In this document: piece after piece, positions 13,702-26,268 of the stretch
Layout: every line of letters starts with the position of its first letter
Position numbering within the stretch: position 1 is the first letter of the stretch
DNA from: Octopus vulgaris
Taxonomy: Eukaryota
Reading direction: 5' to 3'
Assembly: GCA_951406725.2 (NCBI GenBank)
Contig: OX597827.1
Location: 5,146,001 to 5,210,000 of the forward strand
Length of the DNA: 64,000 nucleotides
Translations under genes and position numbers: made by a program
The notes under the pieces: generated by a model
Databases searched by the model: none
What the model was told of the DNA's origin: nothing
Seen by the model: the letters and a program-made list of their open reading frames with translations, nothing else

Positions 13702-14084
13702 TCTCTCTATATATAAACGGCAGTTTGTCTGTGTGTGTTTCTGTGTGTCTGTTAGGTTGTACCCTCACCCTGACCACAGCTTTCAACCGATTCTGATGAA
13801 ACTTGACACACACACAGCCCAATGTCATAATTCAAAACTAACGCAGAGAAAATTTTGAAAAGTACCCCAGTTCTGAAAAAAATCGATAAATTCGACATGG
13901 GGTCGAGAATCAGAAACACAAACCACAGACTTTCTAGGGAACGCAACTCGACCTTTTTAACTCTCAAAAAAATTTTACCATAATTTCCCCCCCATTTTTT
14001 TGCTATTTTTTGGCTATAACTCTCTAAAAATGCTTTATAGTTATTTCCCTTACAAACCCGAGCAACGCCGGGCGATACTGCTAG
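13702..14084 (+). mobile_element. Non-autonomous Helitron (body B)
   Basis: A|TCTCTCTATATATAAA 5' end and the same hairpin followed by CTAG|T. Confidence 0.88.
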
Positions 14085-14651
14085 TATAATTATAACTGCA
14101 ACATCTTCTGTATTTAGGTGCCAACTATGTGAAAATTACTTCAGCAAACTCGGTATCATAGAAGTGTTGTCAGACTTTTTGGTATGGCTTCATACCATTA
14201 AATGTTTGCAGCTTTCATAGTCTCCATGTTTCAAATTTTCCAGTCTTCCTAAATATTTCTTAAAAAATGCAATTAGCAAACACTATTACAGATCCAATAA
14301 CTTTATCCTTGAACCATGCAAAAGTGTTATTGCCTATTTTCTTCAAAATTCATAAATGATTTGTCCTCATATTTCTGAATTATTTAAGAAATATGTACCT
14401 ATCTCATGACAAGAACAACAAGAAATATTATTAATTTTTCCAATATTTATATTGTTTAGAGAATGGTGAGAGGGTGGGAGAGAGATATTCTCAAATAAGA
14501 TGCCTGACACAAATGTTAACAACTGGACAGTCTCCACTAAAATCACCCAAGCACCATATGAGGTGTTAAAACTGAGTAGCCTGTTGGGTCAGCAACCCAA
14601 TCAGGCTAAGAATTGTTCAGAATGCAAAGAGTTGGAAGAAATACTGTAAGC

Positions 14652-15073
14652 CGGTGATTTTCAGACTTTTTTGTCATGACCCATTTCATTTATCTCGCGA
14701 CCCACTGAAGGGGTCATGACAAATAAAAAAGAAAGAAAAAAATGCACTTGCATATTTTTTCTTTCCTTCTTATTTGTCATGACCCATTTTATTTATCTCA
14801 TGACCCACCAAAGGGTCAGGACCCACAGTTTGGAAAACGCTTTATATGCTGCACTGTGCACCCACTTGCGTTTTTCTCTTTCCTTCTTATTTGTTATGAC
14901 CCATTTTATTTATCTCATGACCCACCAAAGGGTCAGGACCCGCAGTTTGGAAAACGCTTTATATGCTGCACTGTGCACCCACTTGTGTTCTCTTTCCTTC
15001 TTATTTGTTATGACGCATTTTATTTATCTTGCGACCCACTGAATTGTCGGGACCCACTGTTTGAAGAACACTG
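14652..15073. mobile_element. hAT-type MITE with internal ~119-bp tandem duplication
   Basis: C(G)GTG...CACTG termini and a perfect 8-bp TSD CTGTAAGC (14644-14651 and 15074-15081). Confidence 0.85.
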
Positions 15074-15318
15074 CTGTAAGCCATCCTGTCTAGCACTCTA
15101 ATGACTCTATCTGTTCATCACCCTTTCATACATCTGTGGTCATTAAGTTGATATTATTAATTGTTGTTTCCTGCAATAATTGATTGAGATGATCACCTAT
15201 TGCTGAATTCTTCTCATGACACAGAAGTCAAGTAAAATACTATGGTAGTCTACGATAAGAATATGGAAAAATTTTGGAGATCACAGGAAAATATTTCCTT
15301 TAATATTTACTCAATATC

Positions 15319-15662
15319 TATGGAAGCACTTCGTCGGTTACGACGACGAGGGTTCCGGTTGATCCGAATCAACGGAACAGCCTGCTCGTGAAATTAACGT
15401 GTAAGTGGCTGAGCATTCCACAGACACGTGTACCCTTAATGTAGTTCTCGGGGATATTCAGCATGACACAGAGAGTGACAAGGCCGGCCCTTTGAAATAC
15501 AGGTACAACAGAAACAGGAAGTAAGAGTGAGAGAAAGTTGTGGTGAAAGAGTACAGCAGGGATCACCACCATCCCCTGCTGGAGCCTCGTGGAGCTTTAG
15601 GTGTTTTCGCGATCCTATGACCATGAGTCCGCTGCCCTAACCACTGGGCCATTGCCCCTCCA
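15319..15662 (-). mobile_element. SINE family 2 variant with a different tail
   Basis: Shares head and core (15525-15662) with 3860-4038, but 15319-15520 is different. CTCAATATCTAT is repeated on both flanks (TSD). Confidence 0.8.
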
Positions 15663-15794
15663 CTCAATATCTATATGCCTTATTTGAAACCATTATTATT
15701 ATTCTCTTTTCTACTTCAAAATGTAATCATGTTATTTTTCATATATCTTAAACTATGAAATATATTTTAGTTGCAATGATTCATCATGATATAA

Positions 15795-17150
15795 ATCAGC
15801 CGGGAACAAAATCAAGATCTCTACACTGCATTCATTGATCTGATCAAAGCTTTCGATTCTATTAACAGATAAGACCTCTGGAAAATGATATAGAAATTTG
15901 GTTGCCTATACAAATTCATTAACATGATGCATGTAGGCATTAACATGATCATGTTGGCATGCAAGCTTATGTCTTGAATGATGGAGAATTCTTGGCACCC
16001 TTCTCTGATACTAGTGGTGTGAAGCAGGGCTGTGTTCTAGTACCCTTCCTCTTCAGTTTCCTGTTTAGCGCAGTGCTTTACAATGCATTCTCCCATGAAA
16101 CACCTGGCAATCAGATTAGATGAAGTAGCTTCTTTGTTGCTGATGATTATACTCTGAATGCAAACTTCGAAGCAGATCTTAAACAGATTTTAGATGACTT
16201 TGCTTGCATCAACTTGTGATAATTTTGGATTTACAATCAGTCTCAAAAAGAACTGAAGTTATGTACCAACCTGCTCCTGGAAAAAAAAAAACAACTTTAC
16301 ATTGAATCACTCCTGAGAGTCAACAATCAACCTCTGCAAGCTGGAGAGAGATTAACCTGCCCCTGGAGTATACTGTCAGGGAGTGTTCACATTGATGAAA
16401 TCAGCTTCCTTTTGGATGTCTTCATCACAAAGTTTGGAAAAGACCTGGTCTGACTATAAAAACGAAACTCCACATATACAAAACTATCAAGATGACTACA
16501 CTACTTAATGGTTGTAAAGCCTAGACAATTTACTAAAGACATGCCGAAAGAAAAAACTTCCCCACTTCCACTTAACATTCCTCCAAAAAATTAACATCAG
16601 GTGGCAGGATAAGGTTCTGAACACTGTGCTCAGGAGAGCTAATATATCAAGCATGTATGCTTTCTTGAGCAAATTCTAGCTGTATGCCGAATGATCCCGG
16701 AGACATCCACCTGCCGACTGCTAGCCCTCAATATAGTCTGGACCCCCTTGGGGTGCGACGGGCACCTAGAGCATGACTATCCAGCGTGGGCCGACCCGTA
16801 AGCTTACGGGTCGGACCACGTCGCTGTATTTACCTGGTGCCATCTCCAGATTCTCCAAATAGATCTTCTTTGGTGACCTAGCAGCTGGTTTTCAGTCACA
16901 TGATGGACCAAAGAAGAGATACAAAGATATGCTGAAGACATGAAAGAGTGTAACCTAGAGCAGTTTTCTTGGGAGTATCTTGCTCAGGAGTTCTGGATTA
17001 CAAAGCTCCGAATTTAATAAGACTAGGGAAGCTAAAGAGAAGAGGGCTACATGGAAAGCAAGGGTCCCGTTAGGGCCTGACTCTGCTATTATGTACTTCC
17101 ACTGTAAGTGTGGATTCCATGCCAAATTGGCCTAACAAGCCACCTTAGAG
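15795..17150 (+). pseudogene. Degenerate RTE-clade LINE RT and C-terminal region
   Basis: Manual translation gives EQNQDLYTAFIDLIKAFDSINR, SGVKQGCVLVPFLF, a FxxADD-like motif and IFFGDL...GPKKRYKDMLK, with many stops and frameshifts. Confidence 0.85.
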
Positions 17151-18324
17151 TGGTTCCATAGTGGCTTTATACTGCATAGAGTGTAAAGCTGATAACCACC
17201 AGGTCGTCTTCAAATACATGAAAGACAAACCTAATAATAAATCTGCAGGTATGGTTGTGTAGTAGGAAGTTCACTTCCCACCCACATGGCTCCGGGTTCA
17301 GTCCTTCTGCGTGGCACCTTGGGCAAGCGTCTTTTACTATAGCCTCAGGGTAACCAAAGCCTAACAAGTGGATTTGCAAGACTGAAACTGAAAACAGTTT
17401 GTCGTGTGTGTGTGTGTGTGTGTGTATTTGGGCCCCACAATTGCTCAACCACCTGTGTTTATGTTCCCGTAAACTAGCGGTTCGACAAAAGAGACCGGTA
17501 GAATAAGCAGGTGGCTTTGAAAAAATAATGGTTCTAGGTTCGATTCGCTTGCTTAAAATTCTCGAAGACGGTGCCCCAGCATGGTCGCAGTCTACTGACT
17601 GAAACATGCAAAAGATCAAAATAGTTAACTATTAAACCTGTACTAGTTGCCTCCCTTACCTACATTACCGCTGCACTTTTGCCTTATTTCCTGTCATTTG
17701 CTTCGAATGGTCTCTTGACAGTTGCTTTGTATTTTTCTTCACGTAACTCAGGTACGTCTTCCATATAGATAATGATAGTTAAACTTATGTCGATACATCG
17801 AATCCAGGGAGGATTAATTAAGAATTATTTACATCTGACTTATTTAATCTCTAAATAGTTAAAATTTTTTTTCTGACCAGTGTCCAATCTAATCCATTTT
17901 CTTTGTCATTTCTTTCACATCTACTTTGATAAATGTAATGAAATCTAAAAATGAGATTATAATAAAACAAAAACTAAAGTATGCCTGTAGTTGACAAAAA
18001 ACTTGCTACAAAAATGAAAATAAATGCAAAGTCTCTAATTGTGAAAATTTTAAATTTTAGCAATGACCAGAAAATAAAATCTAGCAGATAATATCCTGGA
18101 CCTGATTGATCTACAATAACTGTTTGATAACATTATCTGTTGGAATAATGAGTAGATTCCGCTGTATTTGTTAATGAATAAAGTTTTTTTTTTTTCACTG
18201 TCTAATATAACATATTGGTTTTATATCTGGCTATTGGTAAGCACTATAGTATTGTTAGCATTCAGCACATAACTCGAAGACTCTGACTCAGTTATTATTA
18301 GCCTCAGTGAGATTTGAATACCAT

Positions 18325-18768
18325 AGATTTGCTTGTCAGTTGCTTGACCTTAACCAGTTGAGCATGTCCCTTAGTGGCTGATGATATGTGCATCTCTGAT
18401 CACGAGCAGGGGTTGTGGGGGAGCATCATAGCCATATGTTGAGAGGGATTTTGGGGGGTTTGGATAATTCGCTTCTGGAAACATGGATGTTCTGTTCAAC
18501 ATCCTTAAACAACCCTTATTCAGGGACCTTTTGAGCGGGATGAGTTACTCGACCAGAAGAAAATTCTAACTGGGCCCCACCTGCAAGGTCATATGCTGTT
18601 TATCTTGATTCGAGATCACCATGTCGCGCACATATGGTTGTGATGCATGTCCCTAGTGTATCCTTATCAGATGGGTAGTCATGATGGGTATACTGAGCTT
18701 CGTATATTTTACCCCAGAGTAACTTTGATGGCATGCACTGCTCTCTCACTCAATAACAATAATAATAA
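18325..18768 (+). repeat. Probable retroposon 3' segment with (AAT)n tail, unclassified
   Basis: A GC-richer block ending CTCTCTCACTCAATAACAATAATAATAA; single copy in this window. Confidence 0.35.
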
Positions 18769-19527
18769 AGAACTTAGTGTATATGGTGCTCTACAGTTCA
18801 TCAGAAAAAGTAACCAAACTTACATGAACAGTACATAGAATATGCACAGGAAGTGAACTGAGAATAAGTCTACAAAAAAATTAAAAAACTAAAAAATAAA
18901 GAACAACTCCTCACTTTTTCTCAAACTGAAGATATGAATAGGATGTATGAAGCACATGAAGGAGAGAGAAAAATGAGTTTATAAGGAAATCTGTATGTAG
19001 TCCATGACCTTTCTACAGATAATTGTCAAATCTCTTGCTAATCATACATTAAATAATGTTAACTGAGATATGCAAAAAGTTGGATGGTCACAACTGGAAT
19101 GTTTCTTTCTTCATAGCTTTGCTTCATCAGTGATTATCTGAAGCTAGGCATCAAAGTGGAATGGTGGATCTAATGTGACAAAACAACAGAAAAGTTGAGA
19201 AAAAAATAAATACAAAAGATATATCAAAACAGAAGTGTAAACTTACTAATGAGAGAAGAGAAATAAAAGAGAATAAATTCCCTCTATGGTCACTATCCCA
19301 CAAAATTTAACAGGGAGTATATTTATTAATCCTTGTCAAAGTTTACCAAGACTCAAAAGGTCCAGAGATAAATGACAAATGGAAAGTTAGATTTTAGCTC
19401 ATCAAAATTAATGTCGAACCTCAAAAATACTGACAAAATAAAATAATTAAGCAAGGGATTAGCATTAACATAATGTAACACTTGGCTACATCATTTCTGA
19501 CTGCTCAGCCCTTGCACATATAGAATA

Positions 19528-19919
19528 CTAGCAGTATCGCCCGGCGTTGCTCGGGTTTGTTTCGACCCTTTAGAATTGGAATTTTTGAAAAGTAAAAATT
19601 TTGCATTATGTAGCTTGTTATTCTCTTTAAGTGAACATTTTTCTGGTTTAAATACACCGATAAGTGGCGACACAGCAGTCAAAAAATCGTAATAAATAGG
19701 GATTTTCATAGAAGAAAAGCTCCTTTTTGATGTAAATAATTTTTGGTGTTAACATGGTCCGATTTGAATTTTTTCTTCTATAGAGGGAAGAGCAAGCCTT
19801 CTTCTATCATACTCTCAATTTTGGTCCACTTGTGTCGCAGGGTCTCGGAGGAGATGGGGTTAGTTGAAGACTGCCAAACCTGCCATACACAGACAACTTC
19901 AGCTTTATATATAAGGAGA
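19528..19919 (-). mobile_element. Non-autonomous Helitron (body C)
   Basis: Minus strand reads A|TCTCCTTATATATAAAG ... CCCGAGCAACGCCGGGCGATACTGCTAG|T. Confidence 0.85.
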
Positions 19920-20444
19920 TATTTACAGAAATTACAATGTTAGTAAGAGACGTGCATTGACCAACAATGCAAACAGTCCCATATAAATATATAAATAAGC
20001 GAACTTAGATGTAAGGGAGAAAACTCAGTATGTATGAACTATTGCTTCGTTGTTAAGGTAGGAAGTTTCTTTTGCAACGTGCTTATACATAAATCGATTT
20101 CTTTCTACTAGACACAAGAAAAAGTATTTTTCTAAGAGTAGAGCTATTGTTATGAGAAACAATATCGATTTTTAATTCTGACAGAAGACCATACACATAT
20201 TAGGGCTATGGAATATAGTTTATAAGACGCAGTATATGACTGGTACTTATTTTATCATCTTACCTCCTAAAAGATGTAGGTGAAATTGACGTCTGATAGG
20301 AACGAACTCAGAACGATAGTATCTAAACACCACGAAGAGGTTTTGTCTACCTCATAGCTGGTTCTACCTTTTCAGACCCTTATAAAGTTCATTATTTACA
20401 TTATTTACATTTGACGGATATTTGTCCAAATCGTGTTTGTTGTT

Positions 20445-20490
20445 AACACAACGTTTCGGCTGATATACCCTCCAGCCTTCATCAGGTGTC
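20445..20490 (-). ncRNA. Minimal type I hammerhead ribozyme, canonical core
   Basis: Minus strand reads GACAC-CTGATGA-A-GGCTG(GAGGGTATAT)CAGCC-GAAACGTT-GTGTT, with stems I and II intact and an ACGT palindrome. Confidence 0.85.
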
Positions 20491-20587
20491 CTGGGGGAAA
20501 TTTGGAACATGGGTTCTCATTCCTAAGGTATTTTACGACGTTATTATTATTGTTGTTGTTCTTGTTGTTATCGATTCCAGGCAGCGA

Positions 20588-20646
<59 letters not shown>

Positions 20647-20696
20647 GCATCGAAAAATACCTTAGGAATGAGAATCCAGGCTCGAAATTTCCCCAA

Positions 20697-20740
20697 GATA
20701 CCTGATGAAGGCTGGAGGGTATATCAGCCGAAACGTGTTA
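20697..20740 (+). ncRNA. Hammerhead motif, degenerate (3-nt deletion at the cleavage site)
   Basis: GATAC-CTGATGA-A-GGCTG(...)CAGCC-GAAAC-GTGTT. It is the inverted homolog of 20445-20490. Confidence 0.7.
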
Positions 20741-21249
20741 ACAACAAACAAGATGAGGACAAATATCTGTCAAATGTAAATAATGTAAATAATTCCTCAT
20801 AAATATAGAACTGTATTACCTCATAAAGTTTTATAAAAGTCACGGCACTCTAAATAAAAGAAGGGCAGGCAACTATGCTGTGATTAAACAAAGAATGCTA
20901 CAACTTCATATTGACTTAAAATTTGAGAAGGAATTCCTTGGGAATACAGAGACATAAACGGTGATGACATTAAAGATTTTGGAAGAAATGTGTGTTTGAA
21001 TCTTCTTCATGTGTATCTGTGTTTAGTTTAAAGAGATACATCTTATATCTTTTCCTTGTGTCAATCATTGGACTGTGAACACAGTAGCTGTCCCTTGAAC
21101 TGGTTACTCAAACAAAGCAAGCCCAATATTTACCTTTTTTAAGTTTAGTACTTACTTTATCAGTCTCTTTTACCAAGCCACTAAGTTACAGGGACATAAG
21201 CAAACTAACACTGGTTGTCAGGTGGTAGTGGTGGAGGGACAACCCCTCT

Positions 21250-21301
<52 letters not shown>

Positions 21302-21324
21302 TCATATGTATATACATACATAAA

Positions 21325-22705
21325 TAGGGAGAGTTTATGAAAAAAACAAAAGACGAAGACAGGTGGTGTAGAAAACAAACAGATGTATAAGTATAATGCT
21401 CAGGAATTGAAAAAGTCTTTTATGTTTCGAGCCTATGCTCTTCTACAGAAAGGGACACAGAAAGAAACAAGGAGAGAAAAAAAAAATGTATGTAGTGGCT
21501 ACCGATCTATCATGGCAGCTGCTGGACAGAAGGGTCACACAGGAGAGCAAAGAAGTAGGGGAGATAACAAAGTAAAGGTGATCCCCAAAACGAGGGTGTG
21601 TGTGTGTGTAAGAAAATACATATGTGCGTATGAAATAGGGCTGGTGGTCTTGACGTGTGCGTGTATGTATGTGTAGGTGTGAAAATGTGGGGATGGAAAT
21701 TGGTCAGGGGTGGTGTGTTGTGATGTGATGTGTAGTGTGGTGTGATGTTGTTGGGAGGAGGGGGAGGCGAGAGTGGAGAAAGCATGGGGGTGTGTGGGTT
21801 AGGCTGATGGTTGGGGTATGTGGGTAGGCAGAGCATGGGGGTAGAGGTGGGGTTTGTGGGTAGGCAGTGGGTGGGGTATGTGAGAGAGGGTGTAAGGGAT
21901 GGGATGGGGTGGAATGTGAAAGATAGAGAAGGTGGAGTAGGAATGTGTAGGGGTGGGGTGGGCTTATGGGGGAGTGTTGACGATGAAGGAGGAAGGGGAA
22001 GGTGGGTATGAGAGAAGAGAGAAAGGGAGTAGGGGTGAAGAGAAGTAGGAGTAGTAGGAGTGAAGAGAAGTAGGAGTCAGAGCAAGAGAGGAGAGGTGGG
22101 TGGGAGGAAGTAGGAGGGAGGGGGAGAGAGGCAAGAGGAGGAGGTTAGATGAAGAGGGAAGGAGAGTTGAGCCCATATGGCATAAAAGAGCAAAGAGAGA
22201 AGATTAATCCCAGTTCACAGCGCAAACTGGAGTCCAGATGGCCTCTGTGCAAGGACAATCCGAACATGGACAGGTGTTGCAAAGAGTGACCGGTAGAGCG
22301 GAAATGGCGTGAGACCGGGGTGTCATTGCCGAGGCAGATGTCCCGGAAGTGTTCCGTGAACCGGTCAGCCAAGCAGCGTCTTGTTTGTCCAATGTACAGA
22401 GAATGGCAGAGAGAGCAGGAGATGCAATAGATGATATTGGTACAAGTGCAGGTGAAGGAGTCAGTGATGTGATAGTGTCGATGATGGGTGCCGGTGAGGT
22501 GGGCGGTGTTGGAGAGGTAAGGGCAAGTGCAGCAGCATGGGCGGGAGCAGGGGAACAAGCCAGGTTGGGAGGTAGAGTTGGGGAAGAAGCTGTGGACCAA
22601 GAGGTCTCGTAGGTTGTGGGCTCATTTGAAGGAGGGGAGGGGTTGGTTAGGGAAGATGTGTGAAGTGGATGGGTCAGACTGGAGATGCCAGAAAGTTCGG
22701 ACCAA
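21325..22705 (-). mobile_element. Truncated copy of a related Neptune-type PLE (GIY-YIG domain, 3' UTR, terminal repeat)
   Basis: ORF 22145-22600 (SQPGLFPCSRPCCCTCPY...IIYCISCSLCHSLYIGQTRR...GLNSPSLFI) aligns with 34350-34804. The terminal repeat with HHR at 21325-21515 ends next to (TA)n. Confidence 0.92.
21417..21452 (-). ncRNA. Minimal hammerhead motif (core variant CUGUAGA)
   Basis: Minus strand reads CTTT-CTGTAGA-A-GAGC(ATAG)GCTC-GAAACATA-AAAG. The ACGT palindrome has decayed to ACAT. Confidence 0.65.
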
Positions 22706-23071
22706 AGCCTTGACAACCAGTGATGGTGTGTTTTTGTTCCTGTAACTTTTCTGTTCGACAAAAGAGACTGATAGAATAAATACTAGGCTTAAGAAATAAG
22801 TCTGGGGGTCAATTTGTTTGATTAAAACCCTTCAAGGTGGTACTCCAGCATGGCTGCAATCAAATGAATGAAACTAGTAAAAGAATAAAAGAATGTATAC
22901 ATACACATACTCACACACATGTGTAAAACAGGCTTCCACACATTCTCTCTTCTAAATTCATTCACAAGACATTAGTCAACCAGTGATACAGTTAAAGACA
23001 TTTTCCCAAAGTACTGGGCAGGATTCATCAGGTTTTGAGCTCAGACTGTAAAGTTTAAGCTATCTTTTCGT

Positions 23072-23631
23072 TCCGGAAAGTTCGTGCCAATTTATAGTAG
23101 CTTACCTTTCGACTTATTTTAGAACATGGTTGAGTCCATAAAATAGGATTTTACTACACCTCCAGTTAGAGCACAGTTTAAGCTATCTTTTTGTGGAAGA
23201 AGGTTTATGTTCCTATAACCTGTGTTAATTCTGTAACCCTTTAAAATGGAACATAAGAAAGTTCATTTTAGGCACTTGATGCTTTGGGAACCAGACAAAC
23301 ATTGCTGCAGCTCGGCTGGGATGTGTTACCCTACCCTCCATATTCACCAGATATTGCTCCTTCGGATTTCCTCTTATTCAGGTCTCTGCAGAATAGTCTT
23401 AATGGTAAAAATTTCAATTCCTTGGATGACGTAAAAAGATACCTCGATGAATTCTTTGCCTTGAAACCACCTCAATTCTGGGAAGAAGGTATTTTCAAGT
23501 TAAAGGAAAGATGGAGATGCATTGTGCAACAAAATGGTTTACATTTGGTTGATTAAAAATGTAATGGCAAGTATTTATTGACCTTTTTCTTTCCTTTAAA
23601 AATCGGCATGAACTTTCCAGACAACCCAATA
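23072..23631 (+). mobile_element. Internally deleted mariner element
   Basis: N-terminus MEHKKVHFRHLMLWE is joined to the C-terminus LGWDVLPYPPYSPDIAPSDFLLFRSL...ERWRCIVQQNG. TIRs are TCCGGAAAGTTCGTGCCAATTT (partial) and AAATCGGCATGAACTTTCCAGACAACCCAA-TA. Confidence 0.92.
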
Positions 23632-24021
23632 TTTTGTTTGTCTCTCAACAAGACAGACTTGATTAATTATTAAATTATAAATTTACACACAAGGTAAATA
23701 TAGATAAACTATGTAGGGCTTCCTTTCATTCTTTTATTTGTTCCAATCATTGAACTCTATCCATGCTGGAGCAACATCTCCAAGGTTTAGGCAATTAAAA
23801 CGTCTGCAGTAATAACTTATTTTAGATTGGAATTTATTCCATCCATTTATTTTTGCCAAACAGATGAGTTACAGAGATGACGTAAACAACCACCGATTCA
23901 CACAACTGTGCACCTAACATCAGATGAGATGGTCATGTCCTATATGCCCACAAAACTTTTAAATCATGTGAAATATTAGAAATATATGCAACTCTTACCA
24001 GACGTGTTGAAAGTTCAGTAT

Positions 24022-24862
24022 ACTCTTACTCTTTTACTCTTTTACTTGTTTCAGTCATTTGACTGTGGTCATGCTGGAGCACCGCCTTTTTAGTCGAGCA
24101 AATCAACCCCGGGACTTATTCTTTGTAAGCCCAGTACTTATTCTATCGGTCTCTTTTGCCAAACCGCTAAGTGATGGGGACGTAAACACACCAGCATCGG
24201 TTGTCAAGCAATGCTTGGGGGACAAACACAAACACACACACATACACACATATATATATATACATATATACAACAGGCTTCTTTCAGTTTCCGTCTACCA
24301 AATCCACTCACAAGGCTTTGGTCAGCCCGGGGCTATAGCAAAAGACACTTGCCCAAGATGCCATGCAGTGGGACTGAACCCGCAAACATGTGGTTGGTTA
24401 GCAAGCTACTTACCACACAGCCACTCCTGCGCCTATACTCCTACTCTTTTACTCTTTTACTTGTTTCAGTCATTTGACTGTGGTCATGCTGGAGCACCGC
24501 CTTTAGTCGAGCAAATTGACCCGAGGCCTTATTCGTTGTAAGTCTAGTACTTATTCTATCGGTCTCTTTTGCCGAACCACTAAGTTACGGGGACACAAAC
24601 ATACCACCATCGGTTGTCAAGCGATGTTGTGGAGACAAACACAGAAACATACACACACACACACACACATGTATATATATATATATATACTTATATACGA
24701 CAGGCTTCTTTCAGTTTCCGTCTACCAAATCCAATCACAAGGCTTTGGTCGGTTCGAAGCTATAGTAGAAAACACTTGCCCAAGGTGCCACGCAGTGGGA
24801 CTGAACCTGGAACCATGTAGTTGGTAAGCAAGCTACTTAACACACAACCACTCCTGCGCCTA
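24022..24862 (-). mobile_element. Two head-to-tail SINE family 1 copies
   Basis: Copies at 24022-24435 and 24440-24862, with a third at 25209-25615. Confidence 0.9.
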
Positions 24863-25961
24863 TATATATTCATTCTTTTTCTTTATTGTAGTTAATTTGC
24901 CTGACAACTGATTTCAGTTGTCATTATAGGTTCGAAACTGAGTAAATTGAATGACCAAAAAAAAAAATTAATGCTACTTGTGTCAGAGTCTCTGATGAAA
25001 GTAGCATTAATTTTTAGGTCGTTTAACTTTTCACAAACTATGAATGGGCTGACTAAGCAAACCTATCAATAACGAACCCATAACGACTACTGGTAACGGC
25101 TACATTTGTAGCTGTTTCCAGTAATATTAATAGGTTTGTTATTGATAGGTTTGCTCATTTAGCACATTCATTGACAGTCATTGCATATATCCAGTAGTCA
25201 TTATATATACTCTTTTATTCTTTTACTTGTTTCAGTCATTTGACTGCAGCCATGCTGCAGCACCGCCTTTAGTCGAGCAACACGACCCCGGGACTTATTC
25301 TTTTGTAAGCCCAGTACTTATTCTATCGGTCTCTTTTGCCGAACCGCTAAGTAACGGGGACATAAACACACCAGCATCGGTTGTCAAGCAATGCTAAAGG
25401 GACAAACACAGACACACAAACACACACACACATATATATATACATATATACGACAGGCTTCTTTCAGTTTCCGTCTACCAAATCCACTCACAAGGCATTG
25501 GTCGGCCCGGGGCTATAGCAGAAGACACTTGCCCAAGATGCCACGCAGTGGGACTGAACCCGGAACCATGTGGTTGGTTAGCAAGCTACTTACCACACAG
25601 CCACTCCTGCACCTATACAGTCTTCCTGATGATTTCTCTAATAGGAAATTCCTTGTATGTCTATTATAACCTGTAAATCTTGGTGATTTTAAATAGAAAA
25701 TGTAACACCTGTAATGGAGAATAAATAATACCATAAAATTCCCGTTTTATTATTTTGTTCATTCCACAACTCTGCAACTGATATTGCCATAATCCTCAAT
25801 TTTATTGTGTCTTTTGATTTACATACAACAGTAATAATGGATACATAGTGATTGTAAAAATGAGATGAGCAGATGTGCTTCAAGAAGAAACAGCTGGGAT
25901 TTACCCTAAACACATGAACATATACGTATACATATACATAAATATATATATGTGTGTGTGT

Positions 25962-26268
25962 GAAGGTGCAATGGCCCAGTGGTTAGGGCACCGGACTTGT
26001 GGTCGTAGGATTGTGGTTTTGATTCCCAGACCAGACGTTGTGTGTGTTTATTGAGCGAGAACACCTAAAAGCTCCACGATGCTCCAGCAGGGGGTTGTGG
26101 CGATCCCAGTTGTACTCTTTTGCCACAACTTTCTCTCATTCTTTCTTCTGTTGGCCTTCTTGCTTAGCCAGCGAGGTGGTGTCATTTGAAGGCTAAAACA
26201 ATGCGAAGCACATTGTGACCAGTGATGTGTTGCAACATCTGATAGCCTGGTCGGTCACGGTGATCACG

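Larger units (their letters stand above)
20391..20815. mobile_element. Foldback element: two inverted ~150-bp HHR-containing arms around TTG/AAT microsatellites and a B-box remnant
   Basis: 20391-20540 is the reverse complement of 20647-20793 with scattered mismatches. Both outer ends carry (AATGTAAAT)2. The centre contains TCGATTCCAGGCAGCGACC. Confidence 0.8.

Noticed and set aside
24992-25000. CTGATGA as a hammerhead core
   Set aside because: There is no stem II plus GAAA downstream. It is part of a DNA palindrome.
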